61,565 bases of DNA from an uncultured Ignavibacteriales bacterium (GTDB lineage Bacteria > Zixibacteria > MSB-5A5 > GN15 > FEB-12), in the NCBI GenBank assembly GCA_964544635.1, contig CAZJCK010000008.1, positions 1 through 61,565 of the forward strand, in the 5' to 3' direction. Position 1 is the stretch's first letter. Each line of letters opens with the position of its first letter. A program made the position numbers and the translations under genes. Below are positions 46,120 through 54,894 of the stretch, piece by piece. The notes below the pieces were generated by a model. That model did not search any database and was not told the DNA's origin. It was given only the letters and a program-made list of their open reading frames with translations.

Positions 46120-48920
46120 CCCGCATACCGCTCGCAACATATCGTCTCCAGTTCACGCCGGAGTTTACGCTTGATGATGCGGCGTCGGTTGTCGATTACC
46201 TGTCAGACCTCGGCGTGGGCGATATCTATGCCTCGCCGATCTTCAAGGCCAAGAGAGCCAGTACCCACGGATACGACGTTGTCGACGCGACCGTCATCAA
46301 CGACGAACTCGGTGGCGAGGCGGCCGCCCGACGCCTTGCTGATGCCCTGCGTTTGCGCAAGATGGGCTGGCTGCAGGACGTGGTGCCCAATCACATGGCC
46401 TTCGATTCCGACAACAGCATGCTCATGGATGTGCTCGAGAACGGACCCAACTCAGCCTTCGTGACGTTCTTCGACATCGACTGGGATCATGTGTACGAGA
46501 GTCTGCAGGGACGTTTGCTGGCGCCGTTCCTCGGCAGTTTCTACGGCGAGGCGATTGAAAACGGTGAGATCAGTATCGCGTATGACGAAAACGGTTTCAG
46601 TTGCAACTACTATGATATCCGTTTCCCCCTGAGAATCGAATCGTACACGACGCTCTTAAAGCACCGGCTCGAAGCACTGGAACAGCAGCTCGGGCCATAC
46701 GACGAGCAATTTATCCGCTACATAGGGGTGGTGCATGCTTTCGACAGCCTGTCCGATAGCCGCGCCCCCACCCAACGGACCGACCAGGTGGGCCTGGCCA
46801 AGCGCATGTTGTGGGATATGTACATGAAAGACAGCGCGGTTACGGAACACATCGACCGGAGCATAGCCGACTTCAATGGCGAAAAGGGTAATCCCGCCAG
46901 CTTCGAACGTCTCGACCAGTTGCTTTCTGAACAGCACTTTCGCCTGGCGTTCTGGAAAGTTGCGACCGAGGAAATCAACTACCGTCGCTTCTTTACCATC
47001 AACCATCTCATCTCTTTGCGCGTCGAAGATGAAGTGGTCTTTACCCATACTCACAGCCTCATCAAGCGATTGATAGAAGATAATGTCTTTACGGGCTTGC
47101 GCATCGACCATATCGACGGCTTGAGCGATCCGGCCGAGTACCTCAACCGGCTGCGCGGCATGATCGGTGATGAACCGTACCTGGTCGTGGAGAAGATCCT
47201 TGAACCGGAAGAGCAACTGCCGGAGGATTGGCCCATTGCCGGCAGTACCGGGTACGACTTTCTCAATGATGTACTGCGCCTGCAGTGTGATTCCGGAAAC
47301 GAACAGTTGTTCAGTCGCATCTATTCCAGGTTTGCCCGGCTGAACGAAGCGTATGATTCACTGGTCGCCGACAAGAAACGTCTGATCGTTCTCAAGCATA
47401 TGGCCGGTAACATCGACAACCTGTCGCACGCTCTCAAAGGCATGTCGAGCCGCGACCGGCACGGCAACGACATTACGCTGTACGGCCTGCGTACGGCCCT
47501 GGTCGAGGTGATGGCTTACTTCCCGGTCTATCGAACCTACATTACGGCGACCGAATACAGTGATGCCGACAGGGAACATGTTCGCACGGCTATTGCCCGG
47601 GCTCGTCGCCACAATCCCGATCTTGTATACGAACTGGACTACCTCGAGGCGTTCCTTGTGCTTGAGCATCAGGACCTTACCGACGAAGCAGCGCGCCGCG
47701 AGGCGCTCGCATTCGTGACGCAGTTTCAGCAATTGACCGGGCCGCTCATGGCCAAGGGCTTCGAAGATACTACGCTGTATATCTATAACCGGCTCCTGGC
47801 GCTCAATGAAGTCGGCGGCAGTCCCAATCACTTCGGTGGTTCCATCGAGTCGTTTCACGACGTGATGGAGCAGCGGTCGCAGCGAATGCCCCAGGGGATG
47901 TTGACGACCGCAACTCATGATACCAAGCGGGGCGAGGATGTCCGTGCCCGGCTGACGGTACTCAGTGAGATCCCGGAGCGCTGGGAAGAGATGATCACGA
48001 CATGGCGGAAGCTCAGCGGTCGCAAGACTGTTGTCGATGGCGCGTCGGCGCCTGATCGTAACGACGAGTACTTTCTGTACCAGACACTCATCGGCTCCTG
48101 GCCGTTTGATCGGAGCGAACTGCCATCGTTTCGCGACCGGGTCAAGGAGTATGTCATCAAGGCGGTGCGCGAGGCGAAGGTCCATACCGCCTGGTTGAAG
48201 CCGGACGATCGGTACGAGAGTGCGTACCTCGAGTTTGTTGACAGGCTTCTTCACGACCACCCGGAGAATGAGTTCCTGCAGAGTCTCGAGTCGTTTGCCC
48301 GCGATATTTCCTGGTACGGCTGCATCAATTCGCTGGCGCAGGTGGCGATCAAGGCGACGGCTCCGGGTGTGCCCGACTTCTACCAGGGTTGCGAGCTGTG
48401 GGATTTGAGTATGGTCGATCCGGATAACCGGCGCCCCGTTGACTACGACCTGCGTCGCAACATGCTGGAGGAATTGCGACAACGCCTGGCAGACCGGCGT
48501 TCGCCGGCCAAGGAGCTTGCCTCCAAACTGACCGATGCCGGCAACAAGATGTTCGTCACCCACCAGGTGCTCGATTGCCGTGCCGATCATGCCGTTCTGT
48601 TTCAGGACGGCGGTTATATCCGCTTGATCGCCGACGGGCAGCGGGGGCAGTCGGTTGTTGCCTTTGCCCGCAGGCACGAATCGGAGTGGGCAATTACGGT
48701 TGTTCCGCGTTTACCGACGAGGCTTGCAACGGTTGGCGAACCACCGATCGGCGCCGACATCTGGAAAGATACCAAGATCACCCTGCCGGGCGATGCGCCG
48801 CGCATCCTGCGCAACCGTCTGACCGCTCAGACGTATGAGCACGGCGGCAGCCTTGCCCTCGGCGAGGTCCTGGCGGACTACCCGATAGCAGTTTTGACGG
48901 GAGAGACAAACAGTGACTAA
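46116..48920 (+). CDS. treY: Malto-oligosyltrehalose synthase
   Basis: ATYRLQ, STHGYDVVD, DVVPNHM, NYRRFF, RIDHIDGL, VEKIL, AKG.EDT, THDTKRGEDVRAR, VDPDNRRPVDY. Confidence 0.96.
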   Translation: MTRIPLATYRLQFTPEFTLDDAASVVDYLSDLGVGDIYASPIFKAKRASTHGYDVVDATVINDELGGEAAARRLADALRLRKMGWLQDVVPNHMAFDSDNSMLMDVLENGPNSAFVTFFDIDWDHVYESLQGRLLAPFLGSFYGEAIENGEISIAYDENGFSCNYYDIRFPLRIESYTTLLKHRLEALEQQLGPYDEQFIRYIGVVHAFDSLSDSRAPTQRTDQVGLAKRMLWDMYMKDSAVTEHIDRSIADFNGEKGNPASFERLDQLLSEQHFRLAFWKVATEEINYRRFFTINHLISLRVEDEVVFTHTHSLIKRLIEDNVFTGLRIDHIDGLSDPAEYLNRLRGMIGDEPYLVVEKILEPEEQLPEDWPIAGSTGYDFLNDVLRLQCDSGNEQLFSRIYSRFARLNEAYDSLVADKKRLIVLKHMAGNIDNLSHALKGMSSRDRHGNDITLYGLRTALVEVMAYFPVYRTYITATEYSDADREHVRTAIARARRHNPDLVYELDYLEAFLVLEHQDLTDEAARREALAFVTQFQQLTGPLMAKGFEDTTLYIYNRLLALNEVGGSPNHFGGSIESFHDVMEQRSQRMPQGMLTTATHDTKRGEDVRARLTVLSEIPERWEEMITTWRKLSGRKTVVDGASAPDRNDEYFLYQTLIGSWPFDRSELPSFRDRVKEYVIKAVREAKVHTAWLKPDDRYESAYLEFVDRLLHDHPENEFLQSLESFARDISWYGCINSLAQVAIKATAPGVPDFYQGCELWDLSMVDPDNRRPVDYDLRRNMLEELRQRLADRRSPAKELASKLTDAGNKMFVTHQVLDCRADHAVLFQDGGYIRLIADGQRGQSVVAFARRHESEWAITVVPRLPTRLATVGEPPIGADIWKDTKITLPGDAPRILRNRLTAQTYEHGGSLALGEVLADYPIAVLTGETNSD

Positions 48921-50412
48921 ACGCAGCAGTGGCGTGCTCCTTCACCTGACCTCGCTGCCGTCGGCATACGGCATCGGTGACATGGGACCGGAAGCACATC
49001 GTTTCATAGATTATCTGTCCGAGAGCGGTCAGCACCTCTGGCAGGTCCTGCCGCTCAACCCGACCAATGCAGCTCATGGCAACTCACCGTACAGCAGCTC
49101 CTCGGCCTTCGCCGGGAACATACTGTTGCTCAGCCCCCAGAAGCTGGTGGACGACGGTATTGTCACGGCCGACGACATCAGACCGATGGAGCAACTCCCC
49201 GACGAACGAGTTGCTTTTGATGCCGTCATCAGGCACAAGTTGCGGCTTGCCGACGCCGCCTGGGATTCCTTCCGGGACACAGGGGAGAGGAGCGAGTTTG
49301 ACCAGTTCTGTGAAAGTCACGCATCGTGGCTCGACGACTTCGCGCTTTTTGTCGCCATCAAACGGCGTCACGATGGTGCGTCATGGATCGACTGGCCGGA
49401 AGAACTTCGCGATCGGCACCCCGAGGCGCTCGATTCAATCCGCAAGGAACTGGCGACACGCATCGAACGCGAGAAGTACCTGCAGTTCCTGTTCTTCAAA
49501 CAATGGTCACAGTTGAAAGCATACGCCAACAGCAAGCATGTCCAGATCTTCGGTGACATTCCCATCTACGTCAACCTCGACAGCGCCGACACCTGGGCGA
49601 ACAGTGAATACTTCAAGCTCGACGACAACAAGCAGCCGATTACGGTAGCCGGCGTGCCGCCGGACTATTTCAGCAAGACCGGCCAGTTGTGGGGCAACCC
49701 GGTATACGACTGGGATGCACTGGCGGCGGACGGGTATTCCTGGTGGGTGCGACGGATGCAGCACGTCCTGACGCTGTACAATATCGTTCGCATCGATCAT
49801 TTTCGCGGACTCGTCGGCTACTGGGAAGTGCCGGCCGATCATGAAACGGCAGTGCACGGCGAGTGGGTCGAAGCGCCGTTTGACGATTTCTACACGACGC
49901 TCGAGGAGCATCTTAACGGCGCCAGCATCGTGGCCGAAGATCTCGGTACGATCACGGATGATGTAACGGAGGCCATGGCGCGACATGGCATTCCCGGTAT
50001 GAAAATTCTGTTGTTCGCGTTTGGCGAAGACAACCCGGAGCACCCCTACCTGCCGGAAAACTACGACGAGGATTCGGTCGTCTACACCGGTACGCACGAC
50101 AATAATACGGTGCGCGGCTGGTGGGCTGAGGAGACCGATGAAGAGATCCGCAGGCGCGTGGCCGAGTACCTCGAACGCGACCAGATCGATCCCGACGAAC
50201 TACCGTGGGACGTCATACGCCTTGCTCTTGAATCGAAGTCGCGTCTGGCGATTGTACCGATGCAGGATCTGCTCGGGCTTGGCGCGGAGTCGCGGATGAA
50301 TACGCCGGCGACAGCGTCGGGCAACTGGTCATGGCGACTGCTGCCGGGGAAGCTGACGCCGGAACTCAAGCAGCGCCTGCGTTCCCTGACAGAGTCAACC
50401 GCTCGACTGTAG
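48913..50412 (+). CDS. malQ: 4-alpha-glucanotransferase (GH77 amylomaltase)
   Basis: SGVLLH.TSLP, WQVLPL, GVPPDYFS.TGQLWGNP, RIDHFRG, AEDLG, YTGTHDN. Confidence 0.96.
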   Translation: MTKRSSGVLLHLTSLPSAYGIGDMGPEAHRFIDYLSESGQHLWQVLPLNPTNAAHGNSPYSSSSAFAGNILLLSPQKLVDDGIVTADDIRPMEQLPDERVAFDAVIRHKLRLADAAWDSFRDTGERSEFDQFCESHASWLDDFALFVAIKRRHDGASWIDWPEELRDRHPEALDSIRKELATRIEREKYLQFLFFKQWSQLKAYANSKHVQIFGDIPIYVNLDSADTWANSEYFKLDDNKQPITVAGVPPDYFSKTGQLWGNPVYDWDALAADGYSWWVRRMQHVLTLYNIVRIDHFRGLVGYWEVPADHETAVHGEWVEAPFDDFYTTLEEHLNGASIVAEDLGTITDDVTEAMARHGIPGMKILLFAFGEDNPEHPYLPENYDEDSVVYTGTHDNNTVRGWWAEETDEEIRRRVAEYLERDQIDPDELPWDVIRLALESKSRLAIVPMQDLLGLGAESRMNTPATASGNWSWRLLPGKLTPELKQRLRSLTESTARL

Positions 50413-50414
50413 AT

Positions 50415-51686
50415 TCATTGCCCGCTTCGGGCGCGAGCCGCCCGGGCGTGCCACCGCAATCCCTCCAGTTCCGCAAGCGCCGCGGCGTCGGAGGCGACCT
50501 GACGGGCCTCGGATGATTCCGTCATCTCGAGCCAGGTTGGAAAGCGCAGGAAGTTCAGTACCGACAACCCGGCGGTATGCCGTGCTACTCCCGAGGTGGG
50601 AAGGACGTGGTTCGGTCCCGCGCCGTAATCTCCAAGCACCTCTGCAGAATGTTCACCGATGAACAGGCCGCCATAATCGGTTAGTCGCGTTATGACCTCG
50701 CTTGGTTGTTGCAGTGAGAGCTGAAGGTGCTCCGGCGCTATTCGGTTGCACACATCGGCGCCGGTCGCCAGGTCCGGTACGAGAACGGCAAAGCCGTTCG
50801 ATAGAGCCGTCGTCGCCGTGTCATCGGGTGTCTCCTCGAGCAAACGCTTCAGTTGCGACTGAACCCCTTCGATCAAACGTTCGCTCGGTGTCACCAGTAC
50901 CGGCAGGGCATCGGTATCGTGTTCTGCCTGAGCCAGGAGGTCGAGCGCGACCAACATCGGGTCGGCGCGGTCATCCGCCAGAACCACCAGTTCCGACGGC
51001 CCGGCGATCATGTCGATCGCTACCGGCCCCGACACCAGCTGCTTGGCTGCCGATACCCAGCGGTTGCCCGGACCGACGATGACGTCGCAACGGGGGACGT
51101 CTCCCAGCCCGTACGCCATGGCGCCGATCGCTTGGACGCCACCTGCGGCGAGGACGGCGTCGACCCCGGCGACAGCCGCCGCCGCCAGAGTTGCCGGCGA
51201 CGGCTTCGGCGATGCAACCCAGACTGTACTGACACCTGCAACCCGGGCGGTCACGGCGGTCATCAGCACGGTGGACGGTAGCGGAAAGCGGCCGCCCGGA
51301 GCGTAGCAACCGGCGACCTCGACGGGCATGACACGATGGCCGGCGCGCCCGCCCGCGATAGGCGTGGTGAGGGTGCTTACCGAATTGCGCTGCGCTTCGG
51401 CGAAGCGACCGATCCGTGCGGCCGTTCGTTTCAGCAGATCCTGCTCTTCCGTAGACAGTTGTTGCAGCACTGCCTGCAGTTGCGACTGCTCTATGATGAG
51501 GGTATCGCCACTGGAGCAATCACCAAACTGTTCGGCGTATTCCCGCACCTTGCCGAAGCCGCCCGTTCGTACATCCTTGAGTATCATCGCAGACACTTCG
51601 AGGGTTGCTTCGTCCACCGGGTTGTATCGTGCATCCGGCAGTTCATCCGGACGAATCGTGCGCAGTATCGTATTGTCACTCTTCAT
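50415..51686 (-). CDS. hisD: Histidinol dehydrogenase
   Basis: GCYAPGG..PLPST, GPGN.WV, DMIAGPSE, DLLAQAEHD, APEHL, GDYGAGPNHVLPT. Confidence 0.96.
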   Translation of the reverse strand: MKSDNTILRTIRPDELPDARYNPVDEATLEVSAMILKDVRTGGFGKVREYAEQFGDCSSGDTLIIEQSQLQAVLQQLSTEEQDLLKRTAARIGRFAEAQRNSVSTLTTPIAGGRAGHRVMPVEVAGCYAPGGRFPLPSTVLMTAVTARVAGVSTVWVASPKPSPATLAAAAVAGVDAVLAAGGVQAIGAMAYGLGDVPRCDVIVGPGNRWVSAAKQLVSGPVAIDMIAGPSELVVLADDRADPMLVALDLLAQAEHDTDALPVLVTPSERLIEGVQSQLKRLLEETPDDTATTALSNGFAVLVPDLATGADVCNRIAPEHLQLSLQQPSEVITRLTDYGGLFIGEHSAEVLGDYGAGPNHVLPTSGVARHTAGLSVLNFLRFPTWLEMTESSEARQVASDAAALAELEGLRWHARAARARSGQ

Positions 51687-52953
51687 CGTAGTCCTTACGC
51701 GGTTTTACGTTGCCCGGCCGCCGGGTCACCCGTCGGGCACGACGGGCCAGTTCCGCCTCGACATCCGCGAGGCTCCGGCCGGAACCAATAAGTCGCACCA
51801 GGGCGAAGTACATTACGTCGGCAGTCTCCCACACAACGTCATCAGCGCTCTCGGCGTCGATCAGTTCCTCGGTTTCCTCCCGCAGCTTGGCGGCGAGCAT
51901 CGAGGGGTCGTCGAGCAAGCGACGGGTGTATGACCCGGCTGGCGCCCCTTCCAGTCGACGCGCCAGGGTGCGGGCAAGCGAGGCCAGGCCGGCGTCATTG
52001 CCCCAGCAGGTGCGGGTGTTGTGGTGGCAGAAACCGTCGCCAGACTGGCGGACGGTGAATCGCAGGGAGTCGCGATCGCAGTCCAGGGCGATGCCGAGCA
52101 ACTCCTGTTCATGTCCCGACGATGCGCCTTTTACCCATAAACCGCGGCTGCGCGAATGATAGACACCTCGCTGCGTCGCCACGGCGCTCCGCAGACTCTC
52201 TTGACTGGAATACGCCAGGCCGAGGGCAATACCGTGCTCGTCGCACACGACGGTCGGCCACAAGCCGTCGGCCCGGTCGCTCACCAGCGGCGCCGCTATT
52301 GCGTCGGCAAGGTTCATACGCTCCGTATACAGCGCCATGCCGACCTGGGCATCGATCCCCAGGTGATCAAGCTGTGCTACCTCCTCGGTTGTCGACACGC
52401 CGCCGGCGATGGTCAAGGAGGCACTGCCGGCGATGTCTCGAAGTCGCCGTGCTTTGTCCATGTCGAACCCGGCCATGCGACCTTCCTTTTCAACGAACGT
52501 CACCAGGAAGCCGCCACACAGCTCGCGCAACTCTTCCATGCGTGCTTCGACCCGTTGACCGGTCCGCTCGGTCCAGCCTTTAACGACCACCTCACCTTCG
52601 CGGGCATCGAGGGCGACGATAGTGCGGTCTCGCGGGAGGTCGGCCAGCAGCTCGGGATCGGCAGCGGTGCCCAGTATAATTTGGGCAGCACCTTCATTGA
52701 GCCAGAACTCGGCACGTTCCCGGCTGCGGATGCCGCCGCCGACGCGACAATCGGCGGAGCGAACGAGCCGGCGTACGACATCGGTGTTGTCGCCGTTACC
52801 CAGCGCGGCATCGAGGTCAATAACCGCAATCTCGCCGGCCAGGCGGAACTTCCGTGCAATCGGCCGCGGATCACCGGCATCGAGTTCTTTCTTCTCGCCG
52901 CCGATCAGTTGCACCGCCGAACCGTTCATGAGGTCTATCGATGGAACGATCAC
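51676..52953 (-). CDS. HisA-HisI-HisE fusion (ProFAR isomerase-like barrel + PR-AMP cyclohydrolase + PR-ATP pyrophosphatase)
   Basis: IVPSIDL, VIDLD, VGGGIRS, IAGGV (HisA); SRSR.LW.KG.SSG, DCDRD, FCH....TCW (HisI); SYT.RL, KL.EE.EE, ETADVMYF (HisE). Confidence 0.92.
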   Translation of the reverse strand: MIVPSIDLMNGSAVQLIGGEKKELDAGDPRPIARKFRLAGEIAVIDLDAALGNGDNTDVVRRLVRSADCRVGGGIRSRERAEFWLNEGAAQIILGTAADPELLADLPRDRTIVALDAREGEVVVKGWTERTGQRVEARMEELRELCGGFLVTFVEKEGRMAGFDMDKARRLRDIAGSASLTIAGGVSTTEEVAQLDHLGIDAQVGMALYTERMNLADAIAAPLVSDRADGLWPTVVCDEHGIALGLAYSSQESLRSAVATQRGVYHSRSRGLWVKGASSGHEQELLGIALDCDRDSLRFTVRQSGDGFCHHNTRTCWGNDAGLASLARTLARRLEGAPAGSYTRRLLDDPSMLAAKLREETEELIDAESADDVVWETADVMYFALVRLIGSGRSLADVEAELARRARRVTRRPGNVKPRKDYDEE

Positions 52954-53702
52954 AGCCGCACCTCCTTGCCATATTGTCGCAGCGTATTTTTAATATCACT
53001 CACCGTGTATTCTCCAAAGTGAAAGACCGAGGCTGCCAGCACGGCATCGGCGCCCGCGTCAACCGCCTCGACGAAGTGTTCAGGTTTGGCGGCGCCGCCC
53101 GACGCAATAATTGGCACCGACACGGCACGCGACATCAACCTGAGCAGCTCGAGATCATAGCCGGCCTTCGAGCCGTCGCGATCCCAACTGGTCAGCAGGA
53201 TTTCACCGGCGCCGGCCTCAACTGCCTGTTGCGCCCAGTCGATTGCCGATCGGCCGGTACGTTCGGTCCCGGAGGTAATCACCACCTCCCAGCCGTCACC
53301 GGCACGGGCGGCGTCAAGCGCCAGCACCGTGCACTGCACCCCGAACTGCGTCGCCACTTGGGTCAGTAGCTTCGGGTTATGAAATGCTGCCGTGTTAATA
53401 CCGACCTTGTCGGCGCCGGCTTCGAGCAGCGCGCCGGCATCGTCGAGCGTGCGCACGCCGCCACCGACCGACAACGGAATCGACAGTGCCGCTCGCACCG
53501 AGCGGATGGTCTCACGCTGGTGTGCCCGCCCCTCGGGCGTCGCGGCAACATCGAGTATGACGATCTCATCGGCGCCCTGTTGCTCATAGCGTGCGGCCAG
53601 CTCCGATGGTGACCCGGCTTCGCGCAGATTGGCGAACCGCACACCCTTGACCACCGTTCCATTCTTGCAGTCGAGGCAGGGGATGATTCGTACCGTTGTC
53701 AT
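52950..53702 (-). CDS. hisF: Imidazole glycerol phosphate synthase, cyclase subunit
   Basis: RIIPCLD, VVKG..F, GADE, VGGGVR, AGADKV, GAGEILLTS.DRDG, IIASGG; start at ATG 53702. Confidence 0.96.
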   Translation of the reverse strand: MTTVRIIPCLDCKNGTVVKGVRFANLREAGSPSELAARYEQQGADEIVILDVAATPEGRAHQRETIRSVRAALSIPLSVGGGVRTLDDAGALLEAGADKVGINTAAFHNPKLLTQVATQFGVQCTVLALDAARAGDGWEVVITSGTERTGRSAIDWAQQAVEAGAGEILLTSWDRDGSKAGYDLELLRLMSRAVSVPIIASGGAAKPEHFVEAVDAGADAVLAASVFHFGEYTVSDIKNTLRQYGKEVRL

Positions 53703-54307
53703 GACGCCTCCTGTTCGAGCCAGCGACGGATGGTACCCGCGCCATAGTCGCTCGACAGCTCGGGATGAAACTGACAGGCCAGCACACCGCCTCGCTCCAT
53801 TCCTGCAACAAAAGGTCCGCCATACTCCGACCAGGCCACGGTCCAGCCGGCGGGGGCCTGGATCAGGCAATACGAGTTTGCAAAGTATGCATACCCGTTG
53901 GTCAGGAACGAAGCTGTGCCGTTGGTAGTCACGCTGTTCCACCCGAACTGGGGGATACGTGGCGCCCGGGCGAACCGGCGCACGGTGGCATCGACAATTC
54001 CAAGCCCCGCCACCCCGGGGCTTTCTTCGCTACCGCGGGCAAGCAACTGCAAGCCGACACAGACCGCGAAGGTAGGACGCGATTCGACAATGCGGCTACG
54101 TAACGCCTCTACCAGGTTCAATTCCGAGAGTCGTTTCATGGCGGCGCCGAAAGAACCAACCCCCGGCAGCACGACGTGACTTGCCAATCTGATGTCATCC
54201 GCGGATGCAACAAGCCGCGATTCGACATCGAGCCGGCGGAACGCCGCTGCTACCGAGGCAATGTTGGCCGCACCGGTAGGGATGATCACCAGGTCGCGCG
54301 GCATCAC
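53699..54307 (-). CDS. hisH: Imidazole glycerol phosphate synthase, glutaminase subunit
   Basis: LPGVGSF, VCVGLQ (nucleophile Cys), P..GWN, YFANSY, QFHPE. Confidence 0.94.
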   Translation of the reverse strand: MMPRDLVIIPTGAANIASVAAAFRRLDVESRLVASADDIRLASHVVLPGVGSFGAAMKRLSELNLVEALRSRIVESRPTFAVCVGLQLLARGSEESPGVAGLGIVDATVRRFARAPRIPQFGWNSVTTNGTASFLTNGYAYFANSYCLIQAPAGWTVAWSEYGGPFVAGMERGGVLACQFHPELSSDYGAGTIRRWLEQEAS

Positions 54308-54894
54308 AACACTCCCTTGGTCGATGGATTGCTGCCGTCGCTTCGAATTGATACTGCCTGGCGCAACGCCAGCGCCAGCGCCTTGGCCGCGGCTTCGGCG
54401 CGGTGATGATCGTTGTCGCCACGCAAGACGTCGAGGTGAAGTGTAAACCGGCCGTTGATCGCCAGCGACTGGAAGAAGTGCGTGATGTTCTCGGTCGCCA
54501 GTGTACCGATCAACTCACGCATCAGGTTGAGCTGTACAAACGCGCCCGGTCGAGTCGCCAGGTCCACCACGCTGCGGGCGAGGGCCTCATCCAGCGGCGC
54601 ATATGCGTGGCCGAACCGGGCAATGCCGCTGCGGTCGCCCAGCGCCTTGTCGAACGCCTGGCCCAGGCAGATGGCGCAGTCTTCGGCGGTGTGATGATCG
54701 TCAATCTCCAGGTCCCCTGTCGCCTTCAGGTGCAGATCGAAACCGGCATGGTGAGCCAGCGATTGAATGAGGTGATCGAGAAAACCAATACCGGTCGCGA
54801 TCTCGATGTCCGCCCGCCCCTCAAGCGTGAGTTCGACGGTTATCGACGTTTCTTTCGTTGTGCGCTCGACTGTTGCAGTGCGTGGTGTGGTCAT
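54304..54894 (-). CDS. hisB: Imidazoleglycerol-phosphate dehydratase (monofunctional)
   Basis: RTTKET, TGIGFLDH, DDHHTAED, PLDEAL, NDHHRAE, PSTKGVL. Confidence 0.96.
   Translation of the reverse strand: MTTPRTATVERTTKETSITVELTLEGRADIEIATGIGFLDHLIQSLAHHAGFDLHLKATGDLEIDDHHTAEDCAICLGQAFDKALGDRSGIARFGHAYAPLDEALARSVVDLATRPGAFVQLNLMRELIGTLATENITHFFQSLAINGRFTLHLDVLRGDNDHHRAEAAAKALALALRQAVSIRSDGSNPSTKGVL

Noticed and set aside
44638-48677. Long antisense ORFs (500 and 439 aa), and similar shadows over alaS, the propeller gene and the antiporter
   Set aside because: All overlap well-supported genes on the opposite strand and lack motifs.
1914-53942. Long N-terminal extensions in the ORF track (tmk, HAD, gmhA, GGGPS, amidohydrolase, GH57, hisF)
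   Set aside because: They overlap upstream genes or terminators; downstream starts with SD sites or stop/start overlaps fit the family N-termini better.
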